A stretch of 64,000 nucleotides of DNA from the human T2T-CHM13v2.0 reference genome, Homo sapiens (GCF_009914755.1 NC_060940.1); one strand, 5' to 3'; counted from the first letter of the stretch, positions 27,851 to 41,318 are shown. Numbers and translations are program-made. Notes: generated by a model not told the origin, from the letters alone.

Positions 27851-28544
27851 TGTATAGACTAAATGTTTGTGTCCTTCTAAAATTCATATGTTGAAGCCCT
27901 GACCCCACATGTGTCTATACTGGAGACAGAGCCTTTAAATAAGTGATTAAAGTTAAGTGAGGTCAGCAGGACTTGGTGGCTCACACCTGTAATCCCAGCA
28001 CTTTGGGAGGCTGATGCGGGCGGATCACCTGAGGTCAGGAGTTCAATACCAGCCTGGCCAACATGGTGAAACCACCTCTCTAGTAAAAATACAAAATTTA
28101 GCCAGGCGTGTTGGCTGCACCTGTAATCCCAGCTACTCCGGAAGCTGAGGCAGAATTGCTTAAACCTGGGAGACAGTGGTAGCAGTGATTGCAGTGAGCC
28201 TAGATCGTGCCACTGCACTCCAGCTTGGGTGACAAGAGTGAAGTTCTATCCCCCCAAAAAAAAAAAAAAGTTAAGTGAGGTCATAAGGGGGAACTGCTGC
28301 TCTGATAGAAGTGGTGCGCTATAAAAGGGAAAGAAACACTAGGGCTCTCTCTCTTCGCCATGTGAGGATGCAGCAAGAAGGGGGCTGTCTATCAGCCAGG
28401 AAGAAAGTCCTCACCAGAAACTGAACTCTGCCAAAACCTTCATCTTGGACTTTCCAGCCTTCAGGACTCCAAGAAAATATATTTCTGTTGTTTAAACCAC
28501 CTACTCTGTGGTATTTTGTTAGAGCAGCCCAAGCCAACTAACAC
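27851..28544 (+). mobile_element. MLT1A/B-family MaLR LTR split by an Alu
   Basis: gactaaatgtttgtgtcc...aaaattcatatgttgaagccct...ccatgtgagga...cttggactttccagcct...gcagcccaagccaactaacaca. Confidence 0.88.
27966..28269 (+). mobile_element. AluS (Sx-like) SINE
   Basis: Dimeric Alu with a perfect TSD aaagttaagtgaggtca on both sides. Confidence 0.95.
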
Positions 28545-29430
28545 AAAGATGTAAAGCATACAGGCATTCTCACTGGATTTGATTTTCCAAATACAAACTC
28601 GGCTTGTTCAAAATGACATAACATTCAAACACAGGTCTATGGAAATCCAAAGCTAAGGCTGGGTTGCTAAGACAAAGATGCAGCCTTTAAAATAAGAACT
28701 AAAAAAAAAAAAAGCACATTCAAAATTCAACTCTGAATTCAACTCTATCCATGTGGCCTTGGGCACGTTGTGTAAGCTCACTGAATCTCACTTTCCTCAT
28801 CTATAAATCTCTCATGGGTTCTAAATGAGGTCACTTGTAGTGACATGGAGAACGGACCACAGGTTTTGTTTCCTCTCCCTTCCCTCCGCTGTCATAGTCT
28901 TTGGCATTGAAGCTTAAGGTTGAAAGAGAGAGAAAGGTTCTTTGGACACAAGCACTTATGCCAAGTGTGCTAAGAAGAGGTTAATTGTGACACACTCCTC
29001 CCACCTTGCCCACCCAACAGCCATCTAGTGCCTCACTAGCTACCCATGTCAAAGGCTGAGCTGAATTGGGAGCAGGTGGACACGAGCAAACAGGTTAAAG
29101 CACACAGGGAAACCTAAGTGTCTCCAAGCTCCTGTGGAGGGATGAGACAGCCAGCTGAGCAGCCACTCTTTCATCTTCACTGTCTTGGCCTTGGTTAGGG
29201 TTGGAATATATAATTTGGACCAACTTCAAGACTGTTTTAACATTCTCATGGAATCTATTTGTGTACATGATTAGCCAAACATAAAAGCTATTAGAGAAAG
29301 ATTTTACCACTCCTTCCTTCTACTCTGAAGAAAACGCCAGGGTTAATTACAAGATTATTCCAACAGCATACAACATAGCACACAGTAGATGCTCAACATA
29401 TATCCCCTTTCCCCTTTTTCTCTGTCTTAT

Positions 29431-30178
29431 TGTAACCACCCCATGGATTCTTGCCTGCCACATAGATAAAGCCAATTCACTGAGATAATACTGTTGCAGT
29501 CAAGAAAGAGTTTAATTGTTGCAAGGCAGCTGCGCAACAGGAGGAGAGATATTTCTCAGATCCATCTCCCCAAGAGCTCAGAGGCTAGGGTTTTTTAAGG
29601 ATAATTTCGTGGGCAGGAAAGTAGGGAATGGGTGCTTCTGGTTGGTTGAGGATGGAATCATAGGAGTGTCAGAGCTGTCTTTGTGTGCTGACTCAGTTCC
29701 TGGGTAGGGGTCACTGGTCAGGGTGACATTGCTTTTTCTACCAGAAGGCAAGGTCTGAAAAATATCTCAAACACCAGTCTTTGGTTTTACAATAGCAATG
29801 TTATCTATAGGGGCAATTAGGGAACTTACAAATCTTGTGACCACCAGCCATGTGACACCTGAGCAGTCAACAAGTAGGAAGCAATGACTAGTTATCATTT
29901 AACTATGCAGATGTCTTAGCCAAATTCAGGCCCATCCCATAATTTTAATCTTGTGACCTTCCATTGGTTTTACAAAAGTGGGTCCACAAACAAGAAGTGG
30001 CTAGTTTTGGGAAGAGCTATTATCATCCTTAAGGTTAAACTATAAACTACATTTCTCCCATAGTTAAGTTAGCCCATGCCTAGGAGTGGGCAAAAGGAGT
30101 TAGCTTGTGAGGTTAGAAGCATAGAGTCTGCTATGTCAAATTTCTCTTACTGCCATAATTTTTGCAAAGGCAGTTTCA
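29431..30178 (-). mobile_element. LTR8-family (LTR8B-like) ERV1 solo LTR
   Basis: The minus strand begins TGAAACTGCCTTTGCAAAAATTATGGCAGTAAGAGAAATTTGACATAGC...CTAACCTCACAAGCTAAC and ends GGTTACA. Perfect 4-bp TSD ttat/ttat (29427-29430 and 30179-30182). Confidence 0.88.
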
Positions 30179-30307
30179 TTATTACACTCCCAAAGTTTCA
30201 GAAATCTCGAAATTGGAAGAGAGGCAGCCAGCATGTATGGAGCAAGCACAATGGTGCCAAGCCTTTCCCAAATTCTCTCATTTATGCCTTACAACTCTCC
30301 CACCAGG

Positions 30308-30350
30308 AAGGTACTGATGAGAAAACCAAGGTACTGATGAGAAAACCAAG
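30308..30350 (+). repeat. Perfect 20-bp tandem duplication inside a MIR remnant
   Basis: aaggtactgatgagaaaacc x2 followed by aag. Confidence 0.95.
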
Positions 30351-31869
30351 ATGTCAGAAAAGGGAAGTGACCTGACCCTAGCTTCATAGTCCTCGTTGTT
30401 GCTCGTGCCCAAGTCTTCCCTGGTTCAAACTCCAGACTCTTTCACGCACCCTCTTGTGATGTACCTGGAACTTGGAGTCTGGCTTGGGTTGTTTCATTCC
30501 ATGCCCTGACACAAAAATTAGCCAGAAAAGGACAAAATCCCCCAGAATACTTGTATCCTGGAGTCCCAACTCACCAACTCAGACAGACCTGAAGGGAAAA
30601 TGTTTGCAAGAGTGATACAAGGACCCAAGGAGAAAGGAAGGGGCCAGGAACAGACTTGGAAATAGAGGCCAAGCTTCTAATATAGAATAAACTAGCAATT
30701 TTCTGTGAGCTGCTGATTAAATACCTACCTCCCTCAGAGCCTCAGTATCCCCATCTGTAACATGACAAGGTGGTTGATTAAAGTGGTTGCAAGCCTCTAG
30801 CTCGAACACTTTATCATTGGCTCAGTTTTCTAGACACACAGAGCCGAAAGCTTTGGAGCCTACATTTTTCAGATAATCAGCTCAATTCACAATTCTACCC
30901 ATACACACAGCCAAAACAACAGAAGCAATGGGCTTTCTTAAGGAAGTTGAATGGAGACCTGCAGAATACAGTCCCCAGTAAAGAGAAACACTCCAGCCAA
31001 ATGCAGATCAGATTCTCAAATGGAAAATCACATTCCACAGGTTCCTGGAGGAGGAGGATAGGGGAGGAAGCTGCTGCTTCCAATAAGAGCTTCATTCCAG
31101 AAATCCCACATAATGGCCTCCCAAGCGCCCTGGTGTGATAAAGAGATGACTATTCCAGTTGAGAGAATCAAGTCCTCAGGGAAAGGTGGGTGGAGGACCA
31201 GGGAGGGCTCTTCCAAGAGAGGTTGAGCTCAACTCTTTAAACTGGAATATTGACTCTTCTGTTTCCAGTGTGATGATTTGAACCTGGTGAATACCTCATC
31301 CCTGCCAAAAGCCTGTCGCAATTAAGTATGTTTTCAATTGGGAAATGGAAGCGTATCAGACCTGGCAGGAAAACCAGAGAGCAAATCTTTATTAGGGCCT
31401 TGGGGCTCATACCAATATCTGGGACTGTCACCATCCCCACTGCCAACAGAAGGGAACATTCTCCCTGCCTTTGAAACTCAGAATTTGGAATCAGAAGACA
31501 CCAAGACTATTTTTATTTCTCAGTAAACTTCCAGGTGAAAAAAAATAACAAAACATACTCTGCTTTTTCATTTTCAATTGGAAATTAAAAGTATAAGCAA
31601 TTCCTCCATGTTTGTATTACTCCTTCTTTGAAGGTTTTCCTGCTGTTCCCCAGCTCTGAGCACTATGACCCCCAACTCAGGGCCCTGCTGGGCAGAGCTG
31701 AACACTTCTCTATGTCACCAACACCGTCCCTATCACATCCTCCTAGCACGACACATGATCACATAAATTGGCATGTCTTCATGTGCCTGATTCCTCCTGA
31801 ACTATTCTCCTTCCGCCCTCCTTATTCCTCCCTCCCTCTGTTAAGCACCAGAAACAAATGTGACCTAAA

Positions 31870-32070
31870 AGGAAGGCCATGAGCCTGGAAGTCGGGTAGA
31901 GATGGTTCTAACCTCAGCCATACTGTGACTCACTCTGGACTAAATGGTTTTACATCACTATGACTTTCTTCATCAGTAAGATAGAGGAATAAATACTTCA
32001 TCACAGGCTTCTTTGGTTAGTTAAATGGAAAAAAAATGTATGACAAGAGTCTAATATATGGCAATCACAA
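31870..32070 (+). mobile_element. MIR SINE
   Basis: gagcctggaagtc...ggttctaacctcagcca...ttcttcatcagtaagatagagg...acttcatcacagg. Confidence 0.6.
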
Positions 32071-32194
32071 GTTGTTCTGTCTCTTTCTTCTTTCTTGTTC
32101 TCCTACCTCTTCCAGGTACACCGTTTCTGTGGAAAGACTGTCACTACAGCCCAGAACTCTGGTGGGGCATGGAGAGGAACCCGTGAGAGCATGT

Positions 32195-32426
32195 CATGGA
32201 GGGAAATAATGATTTTCATTTTCACCTGTGCCTGACTCAGTGTTCATGCAGCAAAGAACAGAGGATTTAAGTGTCCTTGTCTGGTCTCCAGGAAATTCCC
32301 AGGAGAAAGCAAACCTGGTCTGTACTTTCTGTAGCTGCTGACTTATGAATGAATGCATGCCCTTCAAAAAGTATTTTTTAAAGGTTTCATTTTTTTCCAA
32401 AGCTATTGACTTACAACTGGTATCTG
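32195..32426 (+). repeat. Copy 1 of a local dispersed duplication
   Basis: Hand alignment to 33677-33925 gives ~85% identity over the ~200-bp core. Confidence 0.93.
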
Positions 32427-33129
32427 GCTTTGACTCCAGAACAGGTGGCTTTAGGGAAGATTCCTGGAAGACAAAGACATGACACCCAAACCTAGAACTT
32501 GGTTTTGAATAATTAGAGATAAGGTCAGAGAAGGGATGGCATCCTCAGATAGAGGAAAGGGGATTATTTGACAAAAGTGTAGAGGAACAGAATAAACCTG
32601 GGGACCCGAATGTGGGGTTAGGAAGTGGTGAGGGATAAAAAGGTCCCATCTATCACCAAAGCTGGCATAGAAAGGGTGCTCAAACAAAAGGGAATCTATT
32701 AGAAAATGAACTAACCAATCTAAAAGGGCATAAGTAGGGTTGCTTAAAACCTTCTACATCCAGTACTCTGATCCTCTTCAACTCTTGCCAGAATCCAGAG
32801 AGAGAGAGAGGATACCCTAGCTCTGTTTCCTGCCAGTATGTCTGTTAAACCAGGGCCTCTGCCAGGTGAGTCTCGCTGCTGTGGAATGATATCCTGGGAT
32901 GCAGAGTTGCCAATGTGTACCTATTCATTTGCACTGAGAGAGAGGCACACCTCATGTCAGGACCCTCACAGATCCAAATGGTTTAGGGAAGCAGATTCTG
33001 AATCAAACCAAGCTCCTCTGCACAACCAGCCACCACCACTTGGCCATACCTGTAGCTGTGGAGTCAGGACTCTCTTTGGAGTCTTACAAAGGGAGAACAA
33101 ATTGAATAAAGATTAAGGAGTATGAGCAG

Positions 33130-33485
33130 TGATAGGGTTTGCCTCTGTGTCTCCGCCCAAATCTCACCTCAAATTGTAATCCCCACTTATCAAGGGAGGG
33201 ACCTGGTGGGAAGTGATTGGCTCGTGGGGGGCAGTTTCCCCCATGCTGTTCTCATGACACAGAGTGAGTTCTCATGAGATCTGACGGTTTAAAAGTGAGA
33301 CACTTCTTTATTCTCTCTCTCCTGCCGCCATGTGAATAAGGTGTTTGCTTCCCCTTCACCTTCCACCATGATTGTAAGTTTCCTGAGGCCTCCCCAGCCA
33401 TGCAGAACTAAGTCAAACCTCTTTCCTTTATAAATTACCCCATCTCAAGTGGTTCTTTATAGCAGTTTGGAAACAGACTAATACA
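33130..33485 (+). mobile_element. THE1D-like MaLR solo LTR
   Basis: tgatagggtttgcctctgtgtc...ccatgattgtaagtttcctgaggcctccccagcc...gactaataca, with perfect 5-bp TSD agcag. Confidence 0.94.
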
Positions 33486-33676
33486 AGCAGTATTCTTGCC
33501 CACCCCTAAATGTACAAGTGTCCCAGGGCAGCACTCAGGCACCTGTTTTAAGAACCACCTGACCCATCTCTGCACCCAGCTATGCTGACTTGGGAGGCAG
33601 GAACAAGCCCAAATCCTGGCTGGTCCTCATGACTTTGATCCTTCAAAGCTTGCATTTAAGAAAAAAAGAAAGAAAA

Positions 33677-33925
33677 CATGGAAAGGCAGTTAGGTTTCCA
33701 TTTTCCGTTGTGCCTGATGTAGTGTTCATGCAGCAAGGAACAGACAGTTTAAGGGACCTTGTCCGGTTTCCAAAGAATTCCCAGATGCAAATTTCCCAGG
33801 AGCAAGCAAACGTGGTCTTTACTTTCTGTAGCTGCTAACTTATGAAGGAATGCATGCTCTTCAAAAAATATTTTGTAAAGATGTTCTTATTTTTTCCAAA
33901 GCCATTGACTTACAACTGGCATCTG
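33677..33925 (+). repeat. Copy 2 of a local dispersed duplication
   Basis: Homologous to 32195-32426, with an extra 15-nt insert atgcaaatttcccag. Confidence 0.93.
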
Positions 33926-34606
33926 TAGGCTACCAAAAGTAATTATAATAAATGAAGAGAAACTAGAGAAATGTTGCACAGGAAAGGGGAAATAAAAAGG
34001 AAATTTTATATACACGTACAAATGCATGTAGATGCGTGTATGTACATATGTAAATTCATTTTGTTTTCAAATTTAATGTCAAAACAGCTATAATTGCTCA
34101 TTCTCCTTGTGTCAGGGGAGGAGGGATCATGTGCTCAGATGTCACCAAATGCTTCTTAAGTTCTCAACTACAAAGGACATTTTCCCTGCTCAATTTCATT
34201 ATGGGAACATAACTTTACTGTCACCAACCATACAGGGAAAATCAGGTAACAAAAGAAGGAAGGATTGTGTCATTGTTGTTGCTGCTGCCGTATACAAAAT
34301 ATACAGTGATCGCAGAAAACCTCAAAAATATACACTCGTGAGAAAGACAACACAGAATCCTGCCACCCAGATGACTGCTGTTCACATGCTTGGTGTACAC
34401 CCTTCAAGATTTCCCCCCTGCACCCAGGCACACACCTATACATTATAAACACATATACACATATGTGTGCATGTAGACATTCACATGGGCATAAGTACTA
34501 TTGTCCCTGACACTTTTTTCTTCAGAATTGTGGCACAGATTGGAGGACCCCTAGGACACAGACAGGGCATCACCACCCACTGATGGTAACTGTGAAATGT
34601 CTAGAA

Positions 34607-34819
34607 CAGGGGCCCTCACAAGTTTTTCTGTAAAAGGGCAGATGATAATTATTTTACGCTTTGCAGGCCAGAGGGTCACAACTACTCAATGCTGCTATTA
34701 TACCTGGAAAAGCAACCATCGATAATACGTGAGCAAATAGCTGTGGTTGTGTTCCGATAAAGCTTTATTTACAGAGCAGGAGGCGGGCTGGTGGCCCAAG
34801 AATAGTTTGCCACTCCCTG
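34607..34819 (-). mobile_element. MER58A hAT-Charlie MITE
   Basis: cagggg...tttttctgtaaaagggcagat...gtgttccgataaagctttatttaca...gtttgccactccctg. TSD gtctagaa/gtttagaa. Confidence 0.88.
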
Positions 34820-36944
34820 GTTTAGAACATACCATAAACCAAAAAGAGTCAAGAGAGCAGGAGACAGATTGAAGTGCATCCCTCACTGAAGAGCAAATTT
34901 CTTTTCCGTGGTCTGTGCTAGTCTCTTGCAGCAACCGTTTCTGCTTTAATGTGCATCCTCTGATACAATAATGACTATAGATAATTAGATTAAGTGAAGT
35001 TCACCCTTGTCCCAAAACAAGCTTTTTGAGACAGCAATTTCACTCCCTTTTTCTAGCTCCAGTTTCAGGGAGGGAGCCAGAACAGAAGTCACACTGACAT
35101 GTCACACGAATGCAGCAAGGTGAGGCCAGGGTGGCGTTCACTCATGTAAAACACCCTGGATCACACACCATCAGTAAATGATTTATTAAAAGCTACAAGA
35201 TAAACACCGATAAAGTCTTCAGATACAGAGGCCCATGACATCTGCACAGGATGAGAGAATCAGAATGATTAATAGGGAAGGAGACAGGCTGGAAATACAG
35301 AAGACCTGCACCACCTGTGGGGAAGATCCTGGAGAACACATTTCCCACCTGCAAACAGCCTTCCAACCTCAGGCAATAAAATACACCTCTAATAACAAAA
35401 GCCATTTTGCACTATTTTCCCCCCTAGGTTTTGAGATGTAGCTCCTAAGTCCTTCATAGTGTTCAGATCCGTACCGACACAGCCTATTCTCAACAGTCAC
35501 CTGACAGGCAGGGAGACCCTGCTTCTCCCGTTGAATCTTAATGACCAAGCAAATCTTAATGCGCAGCTCCAGCCGGGAGGTTTTGCAGATGCACATCCTG
35601 CACCCTCTGAGTCGCCCTCTCTCCCTGGATGAGCCAGGCCTTTCAAGGATCAGTGCCTGCACTTAACTCAATGTTCTGCTCAGCTGCTCACTCCAACCTT
35701 GCCCTTTCTTGCAGCTTCTGCAGAGATCCAAGATGTCTTCTGGGAATTTCAGCCAACAAGGGGAAATGACACTCCAATTAAACCTTCCTCTGTGATTTTC
35801 TGTTTCTTCCCACCTCACACCCATGTGCGCACACTCAACCACACTTGTTTTCTACTCAGCTACCTATGGAAACACAGTCTTTTTGTGCCTGCCTCGGTGT
35901 TGGTTCCTGGAGATAAAAAGATTAATAAAATACAGTTGGTGACCTTTAATACCTTGTAGCCTATTGGGTAAGAATGATATGGACATAGAACACTCAACAT
36001 CATGCAATCATGTTGTCGTCATGGTGTGTAAAAAGTACTACAGATCCAAGGATAAACAGACACAGGCACACACAAAAATGCAATAGCAAAAAGTCTGCAA
36101 GGAAGGATTGGAAATAGATAATGGTAAATGCCCCCTTCCCATTCCAAAAAAGGGTGTGGGAATGTGGATTAGATGAAGAAAGAGGTGGAATGTCTGTCAT
36201 GTTTGGGTGTTTTGGTTTTGGTTTTGCATTAAAAATGTATTATACTTAGTGGTATTATTTCTACTACCATGTAATTTAATTCTAAAATCCTCTAATTGCA
36301 GTTGAGCCAGGAGAAAGGTAACAGCACCTAGGGGACAAAATTCAAGGAGGCATTTGCTCCTGGAGGGATGGAGGTGTAGGGCTGGCTAAAGTAGCACAGA
36401 GAAGAGAGCAAGGAACGGTGGGAGCTTGGGAAAGACCTCAGAACAGGGCCATGTTGGAGCTGGGCCTTGCAAATTGGGAGAAAGAGAGAGATGATCCTGG
36501 GAGAGAAGAGAGATGATTTGGCAGAGAGAGCAGCATGGGGGAAAGGCAGGGAAGTACAATGGAGGATGATGAGTAATTATGAATGCCAAGGACAGAGAAT
36601 GTGGGGTGAGAAGGAGAAAGAAAAACACACATATGAATACTTGCACACACACACTCATACATACACATGCCCAGACAGCATTTTCATTAAAGGGTCAACT
36701 TGTATGCTCACCAGCAGTATCTAAAATGAGATTGAGTGGCTGGCTGCCCCAGCCTCATGGTTCCAGTCCAGATGCCCTCAAGAAGCTCAGTATTATTGCT
36801 TTACTCTAAATCGTGTCTATATCTTGATGGATCTTGAGATCCATTCCAAGGGTGCCACTTAGACCTCTTGTCTCTTCTTCCTCCATCCCTTCCTTGAGTT
36901 GCCCTCTTCTAGGGACCATTTGACAAAGCTAAGTCACATAATAA

Positions 36945-37150
36945 AATTTTCTACTAAGTATGCCAGACATCGTTCCTAGTGCCTCACCTATATTATCTCA
37001 TTTATGTATCACAAAAATCTAACATGTACATAGTTATTATTACCATTTTATAGACAGAGCAACTTGGGGTCAGAGTAATTAAGTCGCTTAACCAGAACAC
37101 AGAGGAAAGAAATGAGAAGGCCAGGCCTCAAAGCCATACCAGCTGATGCC
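36945..37150 (-). mobile_element. MIR SINE
   Basis: tatgccagacatcgttcctagtgc...attatctcattta...ccattttatagacagagcaacttggggtcagag. Confidence 0.75.
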
Positions 37151-37162
37151 AAATGGGGGTAT

Positions 37163-37468
<306 letters not shown>

Positions 37469-38245
37469 TAACGTTATGCTAACTATTGTGCTATCCTCTG
37501 CAGTTAATTACAGAAGACACCTGCACAAAAATGCGTGGCAGTCAATGCAGTAGAGAAGAGATAAAGACCTAACTTGGGGTTTCTGAACAAATAGTCCCTG
37601 TCCATAGACCATGAGCAAAGGTGGACGCAAACAGCCCTGACAAGTGAGCGGTTCTAAAGGCGTGCAACCTGCAGCTGTCAGTATCAGGTAAGTTGTGGAG
37701 AATTACCTCGAAGGTGGCTAGGGTTGAATCCTGGTATCCTGTCTCTGTAAGGAACCAGAGGATGTTGCCTACAGCCTGTTTCTGCTCTCAGGCCATTCTC
37801 TTTGCACTTCAAATATCGTGGGGAAGGTGTTTTGCATTCATGTTACGGAGGGTAATTGTTGTGAGTTCATCTATCAAAAAGCCACTGATGGGTACATTTA
37901 CATAAGAAAGAGAGAAATGAAAGTCAACGAAAGCCCAAGTCTCAGTTGTTTGACTTCTGTGCGCCACAGGGCACAGTTCTCCAAAAACAGACCGAACTGT
38001 GGGCAAAGGACAGCTTAGCTGTTTAGAAGTAAGGAAAGCCTTTCCTTTGGTCAACCCTGATTATGCTCTATAGGGGCATTAGGTTACCACTGAGAAACTG
38101 TACTGTCCTACCCTCATCCCAAAGATGGGGACTCCGTGATCTGACAGAGCCCTCTGCCTGTCGGGGAGACCTGGCCGTGAGAGCAGGGCACCCGGGCCCT
38201 GAAACCGCAGGGATGGGGGTGCACGCCGGGCCATGACAAAGGAAA

Positions 38246-38264
38246 CAGCGCCATCTTGTGGCTC
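38246..38264 (-). promoter_or_regulatory. Predicted CTCF binding site overlapping a YY1 motif
   Basis: Minus strand GAGCCACAAGATGGCGCTG matches the CTCF core CCASYAGRKGGCRS with one deviation. AAGATGGCG is the YY1 core. The site lies in a CpG-retaining patch. Motif-level evidence only. Confidence 0.65.
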
Positions 38265-38724
38265 CAGGAGCGATGAGCTACACTGCCCGCCCATTGTCTC
38301 ACGAGGGCACGTAGTTAACTTACCAAGAAGAAATTTGAAATTTGGAAAACAGAAGTCAACCGTGCCTTTATGGACAGCATGGTAGGCAAAACCTGGCCCA
38401 GTCCCATTTTGTCTGATCTGTGGCTAAGGGAGAGAAATGGCAGTGTGTTAAGGGTCGTCACCACCAAATGTAGGCGCTCCTGGGGACAGCAAAGCATTCC
38501 CTCACTTGGCATCAGGAGGGACCGGTCCTTGACCCAAGCACAGATCCTTTCGGGTGCAAAAAGAGGACCAAGATAGAGGTCATGGATTACGTTCTGGATG
38601 TTGGTGACAATGGCTGCAAATAAAAAGCACTTAAGATTTGCGAGGCACTCTGCATGCATTAATGAATAATTAATAATTAATGAACTAATACTTAAGGAAT
38701 AATTAAACAGTTGCTTAAAATTAA

Positions 38725-38895
38725 CCCTCATAGCAACCCCAGAGGAGGTAAGGTGCTAGTACTATCTCCATTTTTCAGATGAACAAACTAAGTCCCTCGG
38801 AAACAATGCAGAGTACCCTGGGCTAGGTCACCCAGGTAGCTAGGATGACAGCCAAAATTAAAACACAAGCCTGTCTAACTCGAGTCTCATGCCCT
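38725..38895 (-). mobile_element. MIR SINE
   Basis: cctcatagcaacccc...atctccatttttcagatgaacaaactaag...ggtcacccaggtag...ctgtctaactc. Confidence 0.75.
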
Positions 38896-38964
38896 GAAGT
38901 TACTTCTACAGTTTCTTACATGATGCTCCAGAAACCAGCTACACTGGATACACACAGCATGTAT

Positions 38965-39078
38965 ACTGAAATACAAAAATATCTCACCCTACCCTAAACA
39001 TACCGAGTCAGAATCCCTGGGTGGGTGTGAGAATTGGCACTTTAGCAAGTTCCGCAGGTGATGAGATACCCAGCCCAC
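38965..39078. mobile_element. MER5A-like MITE fragment
   Basis: ctgaaatacaaa...taccgagtcagaatccctggg...aattggcactttagcaagttccgcaggtgat. Confidence 0.6.
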
Positions 39079-39081
39079 AGG

Positions 39082-39761
<680 letters not shown>

Positions 39762-41062
39762 CCAGGATACATATCCGTGGGCCAGGTCATGCGAGCTCAT
39801 CAGTAAATATGCCTGTTATATTAATGAACAACCAAGAGATTTCAACACTCTGGTCCTTGGAAGAACTGTGCCAAGGACACATGTGTACTATTTCCAGGAT
39901 TTAGCCTCTTTTCCAACCTACCTCAAGGTGACATTGCCTTGGAATCTGTCTTCCAAATGTAAGAAGAACGGCCTCCTTCCTACATCACTAAAGATTCACG
40001 GGGGAGGGATTCCAAAAGCAGACGTGATAACCTGGTGTAAATGTGCAGAAATGGGAAGAGTAATAGGAGCTTTGCTTTGTGTAGTGCCTTACAGTTTTCT
40101 GGCACATGTGATTTCTTTAGATAGCTGGACTTTTCCCTGTGAGGTAGAGAGGCCATATAATTATGACCTTGGTTTACCAGATTATAAAGCAAAGACAAAT
40201 GGAATCGCAGAGCCCTGCCCGTGGTCACCCACTAACGACATGGAGAACTCAGCCTAGTTGGAAGTGCAAGTAAGATAACAGAAAAACATGGGCTGATCAG
40301 GAAATAAAATTAGAGGAGTCGCCATAGCTTGGAAGAGGGGTTTGTCTATCAGGATGCTTGCAGCAAGAAAATTCAACCCAGATGCTCAAATGACAAACAA
40401 GAGGCCTTAATAACAAGATGACATACAAGGCATGGGCAGGGATCCGGGAACAAACACAGAATGGGGTGCCCCTTGGGATCAGCAACAGGGGAAAACTGTT
40501 CCCTCTCCCAAGACTAAAATAGCAAGAAGACGAAGAGATGGTGTTATGAATCAAGAAGATGGGCAGGAAGTAAAATAAATAAGCCAAAACAAGGACACCA
40601 AAAGACAGGCTCTGTTTTTAGACAACCATTTCTCCAAAAACCAGTCACTCCATATTCACTTGAGCGGGAGGCCTGTTTTCTAAGAAACAAGTCAATCAAT
40701 GGCCTTTGAATGGGTCTTCCCGAGGAAGCCTGTTTCTCAACCTCAGTCATGCTGGGAGTGGGTAGGGGGTGGTCACTCTCCAGTAAGATGCAGGGACAGA
40801 TCTCCTGGACCACTGAGTCCCTGGTCTTCCTTCAGCCCAGCACACTTGTGTGAAGTGGGAAATTCAACACCTGAGAAGTAGAAATAACACGATAGTTCTT
40901 TATAGACTCCCCAGACTCTATTTCAACAGAAAAAAAATTAAAAAGAATATCCCTACTGCTCATAGATTGTTTACTACTCTGTCAAACTTTTCTTGATATA
41001 TTCTTTCCAGTTATGCAAAGCTTTTAAACACAAGGATGCAATATTTTATAAGTATGTGTAAG

Positions 41063-41275
41063 GCAGGGCTTCTCAACCTTGGCCAGATCATTCTTTGCCA
41101 TGGGAGGCTGTGTGGTGTACTGTGGGGTGTTAGTAGCATCCTTGGCCTCGACCCAGTAAATGTCAGTAGCATATCTCTCCCCCTCGGTTATGACACCCCA
41201 AAATATCTCCAGACATTGCCAACCATCCCCTTAAGGGCAAAGTCACTCCCTCTCTCCTAGTGAAGTCCTGTTCTA
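41063..41275 (-). mobile_element. MER20 hAT-Charlie MITE
   Basis: cagggcttctcaacctt...agcatccttggcctcgaccca...aaaatatctccagacattgccaa...gggcaaagtcac. Confidence 0.85.
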
Positions 41276-41318
41276 AGTGACCCCAATTTGATGAGCTGAA
41301 TTCTTCCATTAACAATGA

